In this document: positions 34,942 to 46,941 of the stretch, piece by piece
Layout: each line of letters starts with the position of its first letter
Numbering within the stretch: position 1 is the first letter of the stretch
DNA from: Phoronis australis
Lineage: Eukaryota > Animalia > Phoronida
Assembly (NCBI GenBank): GCA_002633005.1
Contig: NMRA01000038.1
Location: forward strand, 1,244,883-1,308,882
DNA: 64,000 bases
Direction of reading: 5' to 3'
Translations under genes and position numbers: made by a program
The notes under the pieces: model-generated
Databases searched by the model: none
The model's input: only the letters and a program-made list of their open reading frames with translations
Told to the model about the DNA's origin: nothing

Positions 34942-37900
34942 GTTGTTCTTACATGTAATGTAACTAAGTCCTCAACCACCTAGTATCTAACTGCTCTAGG
35001 TCCTAGACTCTAGGTAGCCTTGGTGTTGTGTCACGTGACTTTCAGTTTGACGAACACTTAAATTATTAAAGGCACTCTAAATCGCTTGACAACAGGCAAT
35101 TGCCTCTTGGCATATTGGTTTGGACGTTTGTCTTATATGATGGCTGCCAAGGTTTGATATTTTCAACGATAGACAATGACCACCATCTCTACTGGCACCG
35201 CCAGCAGAGATGGTGGNGAGCTCCGTTAGACTCCGAAATTTCACATGACATAGCCGGAATAGTTCTGCTCGTCACCAAAGTTATGTCAACATGTAGAGCT
35301 GTCAACCGGCATATAGGCGCTTCATCCGCTGGAAGCTTTTCGGCGAATTATGATGTCATAACCTGCTGCACGCAGTGTTAGAAAGGATTTTTAATCAGCG
35401 TGAGGCATCGCTGAAAAGCTTCCAACATATGAAGCTCCTATAAGAGCTGCACTGTCTGTTGTTCAACTAGAGATGGTGGTCACTGCCCATTGACTTATGT
35501 GTCCCTGTGAAGTGTGATGACTATGTATAAAAGCCAAAACACACCTAACTATAATATCCTTGGCAGTGTGTAAGTTTTTGCAACTGTATGGTTGTGACAT
35601 GCGCCTGCCCCATTTGAACTCACTGTAACGGCATTTTTGACCTCTTTCCCTTGAACACTGATGTCAAATGAAATATAATCATGTTATTGATACACTGTTT
35701 TGCTGAACATGAACCTTTCTTTCTTTTGCTAAATTTTTAATAAAAAGGCATGTTCACGTGGCCCAATTAATTATAGATTGGCAAAAAGTTAAAAATCAAA
35801 TTCTAAAGGCATTCCACTTTCAAAAAGTGTATACATACTGTACTCTTATGGAGTTGTTGTAGACCAAGTAGGCCTTCAGACCAAGATAACCTAGTCTGCT
35901 TACACGGTCCAACCTCGCAGACTAAGTAAATACCTAGGACTGAGTTGCAATGTACCATTGATACCTGAATTTTCTGCCATAGCGTTACACCGAACGGGTC
36001 TGCCAAATACAGCTTTCCTAAATAAGATTGGCAACCTACAGTTTGTAGATATTTGGTTAAATACGGACACCTATCGATAAAGTCCTGTATAACCTGAAAG
36101 GGCAATGGGACACTGAGTGGAAACCACAGTACCTGGCTGTTTGAATCGATTTTTCATCCGAACGAAATTCTGTCGATGTGAATGGTTAGTAATTGTTGAA
36201 TGGAAAGACTTGGAAGCACTGTGTGTAATGGTTGGTTACAGTTTCAGTATGATGACGTCAGGAATATTATACCATGTGATTTTCACTTGTAGAACTGTGA
36301 TAACAGTAAGTATAGTGGACTTGGCCTTACTGGCTTTGTCAGAACTATCTATTACTCCAGTTTTTTTTGTAATACAAATTACTCATTAGGTCTAATAGTG
36401 CAGTTTTGCAAATAACTTCACTGTCAATTTCCCCAAAACATTTTCACTGTGACGTTGTCATAAATTTACAGGAGCTAAGAGTTCGGACCTCAACTTTAAA
36501 TGTTTCGTGACTAGAACCTTTTTAATGCTGGGTTGCCTTAGCTTTGCTTAAAATCCATTTTCTTTTATTGAAATTATTTAGAGATACATGAAGAGTGGAT
36601 TTCCCGAGTCGTTAGTGGGGAGTTTATTTCGTGCCATCGTGAAAGTCTCTAGTGAACAACGTCGCGGGAAGTCCACCAAGACAGATGGCATTAACCTGCA
36701 CCGATTTATGGTTGCCATGGCTTCCATCTCACGAGGGACATTGGCGGAGAAAGCTGAGGTTGTCGTGTGCATGGCTTCAGAGAACCCAGCTGTAACACCT
36801 CAAGACATTCTACAGGTTTATATTACTGCGGATTTCTATATTCCTTGGAAGTACTTGTTAACCCTGTTTGAGAAAACTTTTGAAGAACTTTGTGGATTGT
36901 TTTCTTATTACGAAAATTTTGAATGTTTTGTACATTAACTCAACTAATATTGACCTCTTTATTTCTAAGCATATTGTGTCTAATTATTCTTCAATTACTA
37001 ATATTCATGCTGGCCACTATCAAAGAACAGGTATGTTCCGCCAAACTCGCAGTTCCTGTGCTGATACATCCAGAATGTTTTTCAAAACGTATCGTTGCTA
37101 GGTGTCCTATTGTACCCAACTTGTTTCCTATTCCAGTGGACCAAAGTAATGTTACAAGCATATGTATCCCAAGCCAGTAACACGCCACAATATTCAAGCT
37201 GGAAGTTTGATGCATCTGATGATACAGGATTAGCAACTGTTGCTTTTGCTATCGTAAGAGACTTATTCTATAAAGGTAAATTTGCAACCAGTGTGGGACT
37301 GTTACAATCTGTTTTCTAAATATGATCAGCTGATAAGCTGTGAAGTGAAATCTGTAAGACTCTTGAGAAGAGAATTGTTGTTTTACAGACAAAAGGCTAT
37401 TCTTTTGGGTCACATACTACGGAAAAATTTTGTCAATTTCGGACAAAAATTACTTTGCCTTTTCTCCTTTTCAGAGGCTTTTAATTTTTTTTTGTAAATG
37501 CCCACAATTACTGAAAACATTGTTTATTGGTAGCTATGATATAGAACTTAAAACGACAAAGCATTTAGTTGATTCTGCTCGTTTTGTGAGAACAAAAATG
37601 AAAAAATGAAACAATAAAATTTCACTTGTCTAGTACATTGTATCCTGTTACGGTACAGCTCTTTCATTTCAAACTTTGAATTTTGTACTTCAAGTTCAAA
37701 GACTTTTAGTTTTAATTCTTGAACTTCACCTTTGAAAGATGCCTGTATAATGGAAAATGTTTTGATTAGTTTTATATTTAATTAAGGTATTGGTATTACT
37801 ATCATAATCAGTATTGTTGTGTTTACAGATTCTTTCCTTTCTTCCAACCTGCTGACAATCTTTGGTCATTTCTTTTTATCATGTTCTTACTGCCTGAAAA

Positions 37901-40900
37901 TGCCGCGAAACAATATTTCTTTTAGATGTAGCAAAATAGCAATGTTGAACTTTCAGTTAATTGTGAGATATGTTTGATTTTTTATCTAAAGGTTCAATGG
38001 TCATTGATCTTTACAGCGAAAGACAAAAGCCGTCACCAGGATGAGATTCCTACCAATACCAACTTCGATGCTGGAATGTTGGAAGACTGGATGTCTAAAT
38101 CCGCCGTTGTGTTACACATCTTGGATGTTGTGCTCAGTGCCATATTCCCTGTAAACAATGTAATGTATTTACAGAGAGAAAATCTTTCTCTCTTGTGTTC
38201 TGAATGTATGTTCTCACTGGCAGGGTTCCCTTCTCATTAACACAGTTGTTTTTCTTGTGAACTACAGATCTCATAAAGTGTCATTCTGTTATTCAGTGAC
38301 TTACATCTCTTGCTACTCAAAAGTGCCTAATTGGCATACGTGTTGTCTGACAGTGATTGTCGCCAACACAATCAATCATTTCTCAAGATAGTTTTCAATT
38401 GAAATATGGCGTTAGTAGGCATGTAGTGTGGTGTTTTGCAAAAATTTGATTGCATCACTTCTATGTGTAACACAACCCAATTTATTAATTTTGTAAATTA
38501 TTTCTTGAATTGTCTCGTTTCACACACCGTCTATGAAATGTCCAGGACATGTTTAAAAGGTCAAGCCTACAAAGTAAAGCAGGAGTTTTCTGCATCTTCA
38601 GGTAGAGGGCGCTACTCCAGATTCCACCTCTCACCTCTTGCCGAGTTGTTCACTGATCGATTGGAACTCTACACAAAGCTTGCTCTCTCAGTTTGATGTT
38701 CTCTTACTCAACTTTAACTTGCCCATTCAACTAAATAAAGAGTGGAGACTCATTTTCCATACTGGAGCACACGGTGAAAGCTTTGCTACTTTCTTCAAAA
38801 ACATTTGCCACAAAGGTCCGACAATAGTCATGGTCAAAGACAAAGACGGCCATGTGTTTGGAGGATTCGCATCTCAGAGTTGGGAGCCAAATCCCAACTT
38901 TGTAGGTATGTGCCCGAGCTGCTACTGTGGAATTCCTGTGGTTTTAGACCATACAGGTTGTTCAGAAATACAATACTGATTTTAAATCTTCTGTCTTAAA
39001 AATTAAAACACATGCAGCACCACATGTATTTTGGTTCAGTAACGTTAAAAAATAGAGTCCTGTGATAGTTTAAAAGGAAATTTATTCAAGTTTAAAGTTT
39101 GCAGCTTTGGCTTGACCTACTTAATATCGATTCCATCAAATGATGAGTGCACTGTTGCATTTTTCATCACCTCAAAATCCTTTGTCAGTGTTCTGGTAAC
39201 CCCGTGTACAAACAAGTATTAAGTGGAGTGTCATATTCAATTTGCAACACAAGGGTGATATATAATTAAAGCGAATATGAACCTGTTTTCCATCAAAAAT
39301 ATTTTGCTTTGAACTGCTTGTCGTTATAAAACTTGTCGATTTGTCCCCGACTCTGAATAGAATTGATTTTTGATCTAGGTAAGAACGTACTGTTCTGCAT
39401 GAGACCACGCTTAGAATGTAAAATGATGTGCTGTGTCAAGCTAACTTATTATATTGTTCCGGGTCTTGAGCAATAACAAAGTGTGACTTTTTAACTGTGA
39501 CTTCTTCCTAAGCCCAGAAATTACTTTTAAAACCGGATTTGAGACCAATTTTATAGTGTTCTAAATCAAAAGCTGTTTCGTTACAACTTAAGCTTGTAAA
39601 CAAACACAGGTTCCAATGGTTGTTGCTAAACTGAATCTTGCAGTTTTGGCACACACATTAAGGTATACTCCTATCCTTATCAGCTGAAATGATATAACTG
39701 ATGATGATATAGTCCTGCACTTCAGTCAGTGAGGCCTTGCTATACACGACTAATGGCGACATTTACCCCTACAGACAGGCTTATAAGGAACTGCTTTTAA
39801 TGTCATTGGTAGGAAGTTGTTGATAGGATCTTTGCCTCGGGCAACATATATACAACGGTCATGGATTTCAAAGATCAGTTGCTTACTATATGCGCATATG
39901 ACTGCTCCAAACTTTGCAACAATTGCAGATACTTTCTTAGGGGCTTCCCGTCATTCCTGTTAAATGCCTTGTTGTTGTCATGTGTATCAATTGAACTTTT
40001 GGATTAGGTTACTAAATACATGAAAATCATTGTGTTAAAATCGTTTTGTTGGATTTTCAGTTTGTAAATGGTATTCGCTTTTATATTGGAGTTTTTCCAA
40101 CTGTTGAGTCATTTTTTTTATTCATCTTTTGGTTACATATTCGTACCCACTAGTTAAGTGTTCTTGTCACAAAAGAAACTTTTCCTACTGGATGACAGAC
40201 ATCATTCATCCAGGGGAATTATTAGATGCAAAACATTATAAATTGCATCTTACTAAAATGTAGTTTTCTGGCTGACCTTGCTGACACACCTGGTTCCTTT
40301 TGCTCGGATTAATGACTGACTGGTTCCCACAGATATTGCATCACCCCCTGCCAGTGTTTCTAGAAAACAGCTGCAGGGCCCTGGACTATGAGCCAGACAC
40401 CTTACTTAAACCAACAAACATTCTCAGTAAGTTACAGAAGTTGTGATTTATAATTTTTCGCATCTGATTGTTCCAACATTCTTAGTTTCTTAAACTCTAA
40501 AGTTGTTGTTACCTTGAGGATCTCTGTAAAACATGTAAATGTAATTCTTATGTTCTAGGCAGTTCTCGTTGCTTTCTGTTCTCACTGCTGCCTTACACGG
40601 AAGTATACTTAGCCTCGGGTCTGAATGAAAATTACATGTATCTCAACTCCATGCAAGAGACATTGCCAAATGGTTTGGTGAGTGGATGTCTAGTCTACAA
40701 GAAGCGTTTTCACGCACTAATAAACATTCTAGAATGTACAGTTTCGTAGCTCATTCGAAAGTTAATACTCGAGGCTTTAGTCGCGCATCAAATACTTGTA
40801 CAAGGAATGAGTCCCTTATAGTCTCCAATTTTAAAGGCAATGTTGTGTTTACTTTAGAAATGTTACATTATGCCCTATACATTCTCAGAGACTTTGCACT

Positions 40901-43900
40901 TTTGCTCAGTTGAGATTTAATTGTTTTTTTTCAGAAATAGTTGTACAGAGCATTAAGACCAAATTTCTGGCTTAAGTTCAAAGTTGTTTTTCATGAATTT
41001 CTGACTCTTGTATCTTGCCTGTTTCAGGGTATGGGTGGTCAGTTCGACTACTATGGTTTTTATATTGACGATGAGTTTGGAAAGGGATGCAGTTGTGCCG
41101 AGCCATACTGTAGTACGTACGACAGTCCCCAACTCTCCAGGAAACGCCAGTTCGAGATCGATACTCTGGAAGTGTGGGCTGTGGGACCTGAGCCAAATCT
41201 GGATGAAAATGAAGATGTGAGGCCAAGAATGTTTATTAATATCATGCAGGTTATTTAAAACAATTTAGATGTTTGATCTTAATGCTTGAAGTATTGTACA
41301 TGGATTCGCTACTTTTGTAAGTTTTTAACGATTATTTGGGCGGTGTCATTGGCATACCTAATTCCTGACCTCTGCTTTGTCCAAATGGTGCAATATGTGC
41401 TGGGACATGACAGACTTTCTCGATTACCTCTAATGGGGCGTTCTCTTATAATTAATCACTAAACTGCAAATTAGAAACAGTATTACGTAGCCATACAAGT
41501 AATGTTCTATTTTGGCCATAGTTTAATGTGGAATAGCCAGAAAGTTGGACTTTGTAATATATCATAACTATGAACATATTTGCGTTCGTGTTATTCCTCA
41601 TACAAAGTATGTCTCAAGATAGATGATAGATGTCGCCACCAGTCAGATCATCAAGGCATAATCAAGTAAAGTATTTATTCATCCCTACCAAATTACAGCC
41701 GCTGTAATTCATCTACACATGCTCTCTGTTCATGAGTTAGAGAAAAACCACCTGTTACTGTGGCATAGCCTATTTTTCAATTTTCATTCTATATTTAGAC
41801 AGAAAGTGGGAAGGAAATGTAGCTTTAATTGTTGGATAGAGCAGCTAACTTCAAGTGCATAGCAGTACTGACTGAACAGATGGCGTTGTGTAGGACAGCC
41901 TCCAAACACTGGGCAGAAGTAACAAGTCGATTTGTACATCTGACACAAATCTTTTATGACTTTTTAAGACCTGAATTATGGGTTTCATTACTTTGAAAAT
42001 GTGCATTATGCACTTGTTTATCAGTAATATCTATAAAAATATGAAAATAAATAGTATTCACTGTCACAGTTTTATTCACAAAAGGTGTTTCTCGTTTTAC
42101 CTGATTCTCACTTGTACTTCTTTTTTCTGCATTTTAATGTTCCCAGCGTAAACCTAAATATAAATTAAAGACAGGCACTGATGGTAATATCTGGCAAGTG
42201 TTGTGCTTACGCCAGCGGGGAAGCCTTCACAGCAGATATGTACTTGCTTTCTTTTTGTCAATTATTGTGATCTTGACCACTTACTGCTGCAAAATTGTTT
42301 CCAACTTCGTCTTTACTCAAATTGAAACTAATTTCCTGACATTGTCATTAGGAGAGACCATTTTTATGCGCCCACATATTTATATGTGGACACATTATGC
42401 CGTCATCTCCGTCTGGGCGGCGTCCGTCCGGCGTCTGCTGCTCTATCTCCAAAACCCTTTGACCTACGTTCATGAAATTTGGCACATATGTTCCATTCAT
42501 GAATGGGAGGGCATGTGCGAACTTTCGGACGGATCCGACTACCGGTGTGCCCCCTAGTGGCAATTTTAGTTTTTTATGCTTTTGTATCTTCAAAAGTCCT
42601 GAACAGATTTTCATGAAATTTGTTATGTAGGCACCTATTAGTGAGATGACGCTGTCCTCCCGTTTTCAGATGGATTCGACATAGTTTGCGCCACCTAGTG
42701 GCCATTTTTAGTGTTTTCGAGTCTGTTTTTGTGCGTCCACCCCTCTATCAACCAAACCGCTCAAAGCATGATTGTGAAAATTGGCATGTATATGCTTACT
42801 ATGTAGAGGACGGTTGACGATGATTTTCCGACGATTTCGACTACTGTGGCGCCTCCTAGTGGCAGTTTTGTTTTTTTGCGCCCATGGCTGTATCTCCCAA
42901 ACCGTTTGCAGGATCTTTACTAAATTTAGCAAGTGTATTTATGTGATGTTGACAACGGACGATGACGACTTTAGGATGATTCTGACTACCGGTATGCCTC
43001 TAGTGGCAATTTTAGTATATGCCTCTAGTGGCAATTTTAGTATTTTACATTGACCTCTGTATTTTCATATGTCTTCAGGTGTATACTTTGTGTTACTTCG
43101 TGACTATGAAGGAAAAGTTCCAAGTAGAAATTTGTTTCTGGCATTCTAATGCTGTGCTAATCTCGTATGTTGGTAAATTTGTTTTTAATTCTATGTTTCT
43201 GTGGTGCTTTAAGCAACTGATGTGTAGGATGTGCTTGTATTATGAAGATCACTCACATTTTGCCCCTAGCCTATTGAGGAGACAATGACCATGCCTTTCC
43301 ATTTTGCAAAGTACAACATACTACATATATGCCCTCTACTGGCCACTTAATGGTACCAATAAACAACCCTAGAAGGATACCGTATACGGTGCAGTTGTGG
43401 GTGCATTTCAACGCTCTGCGTTGCTCTTGTTCAGTTTCACAAACACAAGACACTTGCCAGAAAATCACTACAAGAAATCTTGGCTTATGAAAAAGAAGGG
43501 CATTTTGGTTTACACCTTACTCCTGTAATTCACATTCATCCTGGCCAATCAATACTTTTACTAGAAAGGTGTACACAAGTAAGCTAACCTTACTCGTGAA
43601 TCACTCGCTTTTCACTTGCTTGGTCTTGCCTCGTCTCAGTTTTCTTGTAAGAAGCTTACTCTATGAAATGCCCCTGTCTTCACCCAGCTGGTCATATCGT
43701 GGCAAAACGCCATGATTAAATAAGTTACCTTGCATTCAAAGTTGACAAATCACCTTCCATTCCTGCGTACCATGATCTGTCCTGGCTACCAGCATACACT
43801 ATAATTTTTGGTCATGTTTCAGAATGAAAAGAGAAGCATCTTGGATAAAGATCCCGAAGCAAAGGCAATGTTGCAGATCATTAACAAAGGACCTCTTAGC

Positions 43901-43963
43901 GAAGGACTGAGGGAGGGTGATCCTATGGCAGAACAGCCGGAACAGACATCATTCCACAATTAG
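34813..43963 (+). CDS. MEAK7: MTOR-associated protein MEAK7 / TLDC1 (TLDc domain); join(34813..34941,36582..36815,37137..37275,38017..38159,38602..38905,40559..40677,41028..41216,43823..43963)
   Basis: N-terminal MGQGES myristoylation-type motif; TLDc motifs WRLIF..HGESF, KGPTIVMVKDKDGHVFGGFAS, CFLFSL, NENYMYLN, LPNGLGMGGQ, CSTYDSPQLS, LEVWAVG; tail SILDKDPEAKAML..SEGLRE typical of TLDC1/MEAK7 as recalled. Confidence 0.92.
36582..36815 (+). CDS. MEAK7: MEAK7 exon 2 (RYMKSGFPESLVGSLF...RGTLAEKAEVV...DILQ)
   Basis: tttag acceptor, 78 codons, phase 0-0. Confidence 0.85.
37137..37275 (+). CDS. MEAK7: MEAK7 exon 3 (WTKVMLQAYV...VRDLFYK)
   Basis: ttccag / gtaaat; phases fit. Confidence 0.8.
38017..38159 (+). 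CDS. MEAK7: MEAK7 exon 4 (KDKSRHQDE...LEDWMSK...FPVNN)
   Basis: ttacag / gtaatg; donor could alternatively be 9 nt upstream. Confidence 0.78.
38602..38905 (+). CDS. MEAK7: MEAK7 exon 5, TLDc start
   Basis: cttcag / gtatgt; HGESF and VFGGFAS motifs. Confidence 0.92.
40559..40677 (+). CDS. MEAK7: MEAK7 exon 6 (SSRCFLFSLLP...NYMYLNSMQETLPNGL)
   Basis: ttctag / gtgagt; TLDc motifs. Confidence 0.92.
41028..41216 (+). CDS. MEAK7: MEAK7 exon 7 (GMGGQFDYYG...LEVWAVGPEPNLDENED)
   Basis: tttcag / gtgagg; TLDc end. Confidence 0.93.
42360..43045. mobile_element. Internally repetitive element, Helitron/Helentron-associated-like
   Basis: tttttatgcgccc start, cgtccgtccg microsatellite-like stretch, ~145-bp subrepeats with ttcatgaaattt and cc(c/a/t)ctagtgg; class is an inference. 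Confidence 0.5.
43823..43963 (+). CDS. MEAK7: MEAK7 last exon (NEKRSILDKDPEAKAML...SEGLRE...*)
   Basis: tttcag acceptor; conserved tail; TAG stop. Confidence 0.9.
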   Translation, partial: NEKRSILDKDPEAKAMLQIINKGPLSEGLREGDPMAEQPEQTSFHN

Positions 43964-44082
43964 TAGTATACTTGAGGTCTACGGAGTGCCTGCTAAAGAG
44001 GATATTTAAGAATTTGTCATTGAGCAGAAGACAATGGACATTATTATTATTATTTATCCAGGTGAATAACTGGATGCGTAAA

Positions 44083-44534
44083 AATTATAGATCACAACTT
44101 TGGAAATTACTTTTAAATAAATTTTCCAACATTGGGGAGCCACCTGGTTCCTTCTACTGGGGATGAGTGGTTCCCACGAAAATTTGTGTCGCCCCCCTGC
44201 TGACGTTCGTAGACAACATCTACAAGGCCCTGGATCATGAGTCAGATAACTTAAATATCGCTTTTACCCATACAGTCTTTCTGACACCTTGGTTTGAGCA
44301 AGGTGTCAACGATGTCGTCTGGGTTCAAGCCAATAACCCATCTTTGAATAGGCACAGAGTTGTCTGACTCATGGTCCAGGGTCTTACATTTCTTGTCTAT
44401 GAACATACACGAGAGGGTGACAAAATTTTCGTGGGAACCAGTCAGTCATCCATCGCCAGTAGAAGGAACCAGGTGGCTCCCCAATGTTGGGAAATTTATT
44501 TTATAATAAATTACACAAGTTGTGACTTATAATT
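44083..44534. repeat. ~450-bp foldback (imperfect palindrome), MITE-like, in MEAK7 3' region
   Basis: ccaacattggggagccacctggttccttctactgg pairs with ccagtagaaggaaccaggtggctccccaatgttgg; inner arms also pair to a 7-nt loop near 44295. Confidence 0.88.
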
Positions 44535-46941
44535 TCTTTTGTGTTGAGCAGGTTTATGTTTGTTTATTTATGCAAAGGTAATTTAATGAGTGTTGAATGC
44601 TATGCCATGTGCAATCATTTTCCGGTGTAATATTTTTGGAGATACCATTTCTTCTAATGGTTGTGATACTTTAGGTATGTTCCAAAGTTTAAATAGTAAA
44701 AAATATGATTTGGGATGTTAGCAATGGACAAACGAAAGACGCACCTTATTCTGAAAAAGTGTGTGCTAGATGTGTGTCAGTTTGTTACCAGCAGCTGTAC
44801 AATAGTGAAATGGTAGTTTAACTTCGGTTGAAGCAACAGTCTTTACAATTTTCATCTTCAGTAGCTAAAAATATGTAAACTCTACCAACCAGGTGGTAAA
44901 ATCTGTCATGTCAAGTGTGCTTGGACGTTTTTACTGATTCAAGTAACTGACAATTTGGGTATCTTTGAACCCTTTGTGATGACTGAGATTTAGTGAGCAT
45001 GTGCTTTACAAAGGTTTGCAGTTTTATTAATGGGCAAAGGGTTTTTGTTTTTGGATTTATACGAGGGTTATTTTTAATCTTTAACTGAATGGTCTTGGAT
45101 GCAAAAATTGCAGTGTCATGTGCAATCATTTACTGAGCGTGTGGTTACAGTTTTGGATGATAACCTTTTTTGCTGTTTTGTGATATTTTATTGTAAATTG
45201 AAAGTACTCGAAATTTTGAAGTTCTTAATATATGAAAATTCTTACATCTTTTGTTATTACAAAACAGCACACTCACAGGCCAATACAGCATTCACATTGC
45301 TGTCTAGTGAGAGGGCTGATTGGGCATCTGACCTGTCACATGTATGAAATTTCACATTTGAGTTTTCATTAGGTGTCCTAACTGTCTATTTAGTGACGGT
45401 CTCAGAATTAGAAGGCATATCCAACTTCTTACCATTAGCATGAGGCAACTCCTAGGCTAACATTTTGGGTTTTGTTACTCCAAAGGTAGCCTTAGTCAGA
45501 CTGTGAAATTCATCTTGGTACGGGAATTTGAGATAGTTAGGCCTATAAAAGATCTTAAACCCAGCCGCAGAGTGTCTGAAGCCGCGCACCGTACCAGTGA
45601 CTGCTGGCAACTCATCCGAGAGACACCTGTAACATCCTTCCCCGCAGGGATAATAACTCTTGGGCTGCCTCGGGTGAGTCCATTCATACTTGAATGCTGT
45701 TTAGGTATATTAAAATGAGTGGCTCAGTTGCACTGCTGAAGAAAACCTATTCGCTAATTTCTCTAATAATGCATGGATTTTAAAAATTCGAAGTTGGCTT
45801 ATATTTACTTTTTAATTTTAAAAGCAGTCATGTTGCTCGTTGCTTTATTTTTTTGGAGTTTTTTTACTTTGAAACTCATACACTAAACAAGCGCTTTGTT
45901 TTACAGCAGCAATTGTATCATCCTATACACATTTAGCCAAGCCCATGAATAGCAACTAGCTCACTTCAATCTGTGACAAGCTTTGATGTGCCAAGAAAAT
46001 CGCTGGATAATTTGGGGTGAACAGTGCACGCATTCCTGTCCACTTGTGTACAAATCCTGTCGGCGTAAGAGTTGCCTAATGGAAGTCTAAATTCAGTTGA
46101 CATAGTTTGTGCTCATACTCTTCCCCCATCGCATTTTCATGTGATTGGCCAGACTACACACACTGACACACGCACACGCATACACACATATATTAGCCTT
46201 TTGCACATTTAGTGTAAATTTTGACAGCTCATAAAACGGCCTTGAGTGTTCCTTTTTAAGTACTGACTGACCTGCCTTATGATCAGACATCCCATCTTCC
46301 TACTCATAGAAATCCCACATCTGAACACTGTATAATGACAAAACATTTATTTTACAGAATGCAATGCTAGATACAAGAACAAGGGTAAATATTGTTGGTA
46401 AAGTAAAAAATTTCCACACCAGAGTGATAATTTTGTCAACAAAGAATGTTTGTATACATTCAAGCACATGCAGCATTATAAATGGATTATTAATAAATAA
46501 AATTAGATTTAGAATCTTTGCTTACGAAAAAGTACAAAAGAGTACGCTAATAGCCCACTAACTGTAAATATAGAAAGTGCTTTAAGGATTGCTTGTGTAT
46601 GTATCTTATAATTAGCTGGGTTCCTCTAAAACAAAATAATTTCTCATTTCAATGATGACATTGCGACTGGACATGAAAAATCTACAATTAGGTCATCAGT
46701 CTCGTCATTTGTGGAATAAATATTACTTGTGATATGGCTTTGTCATGTACAATCTTGAAGACAGTTTTTACTTCAAACAAGTTTTCCGTTTTGCTTGTAA
46801 TCAATCGGGATATGTTTTCAACTTAGCATGTAATCATTCGTGACATGTTTTCAACTATGAACGTAATCAGTCAGGACTGTCCTCCACTTGTGTCAAGTCG
46901 TCCATCATAAGTTAGTATGAGCCGCGTAAGTCTTGAAGCCT

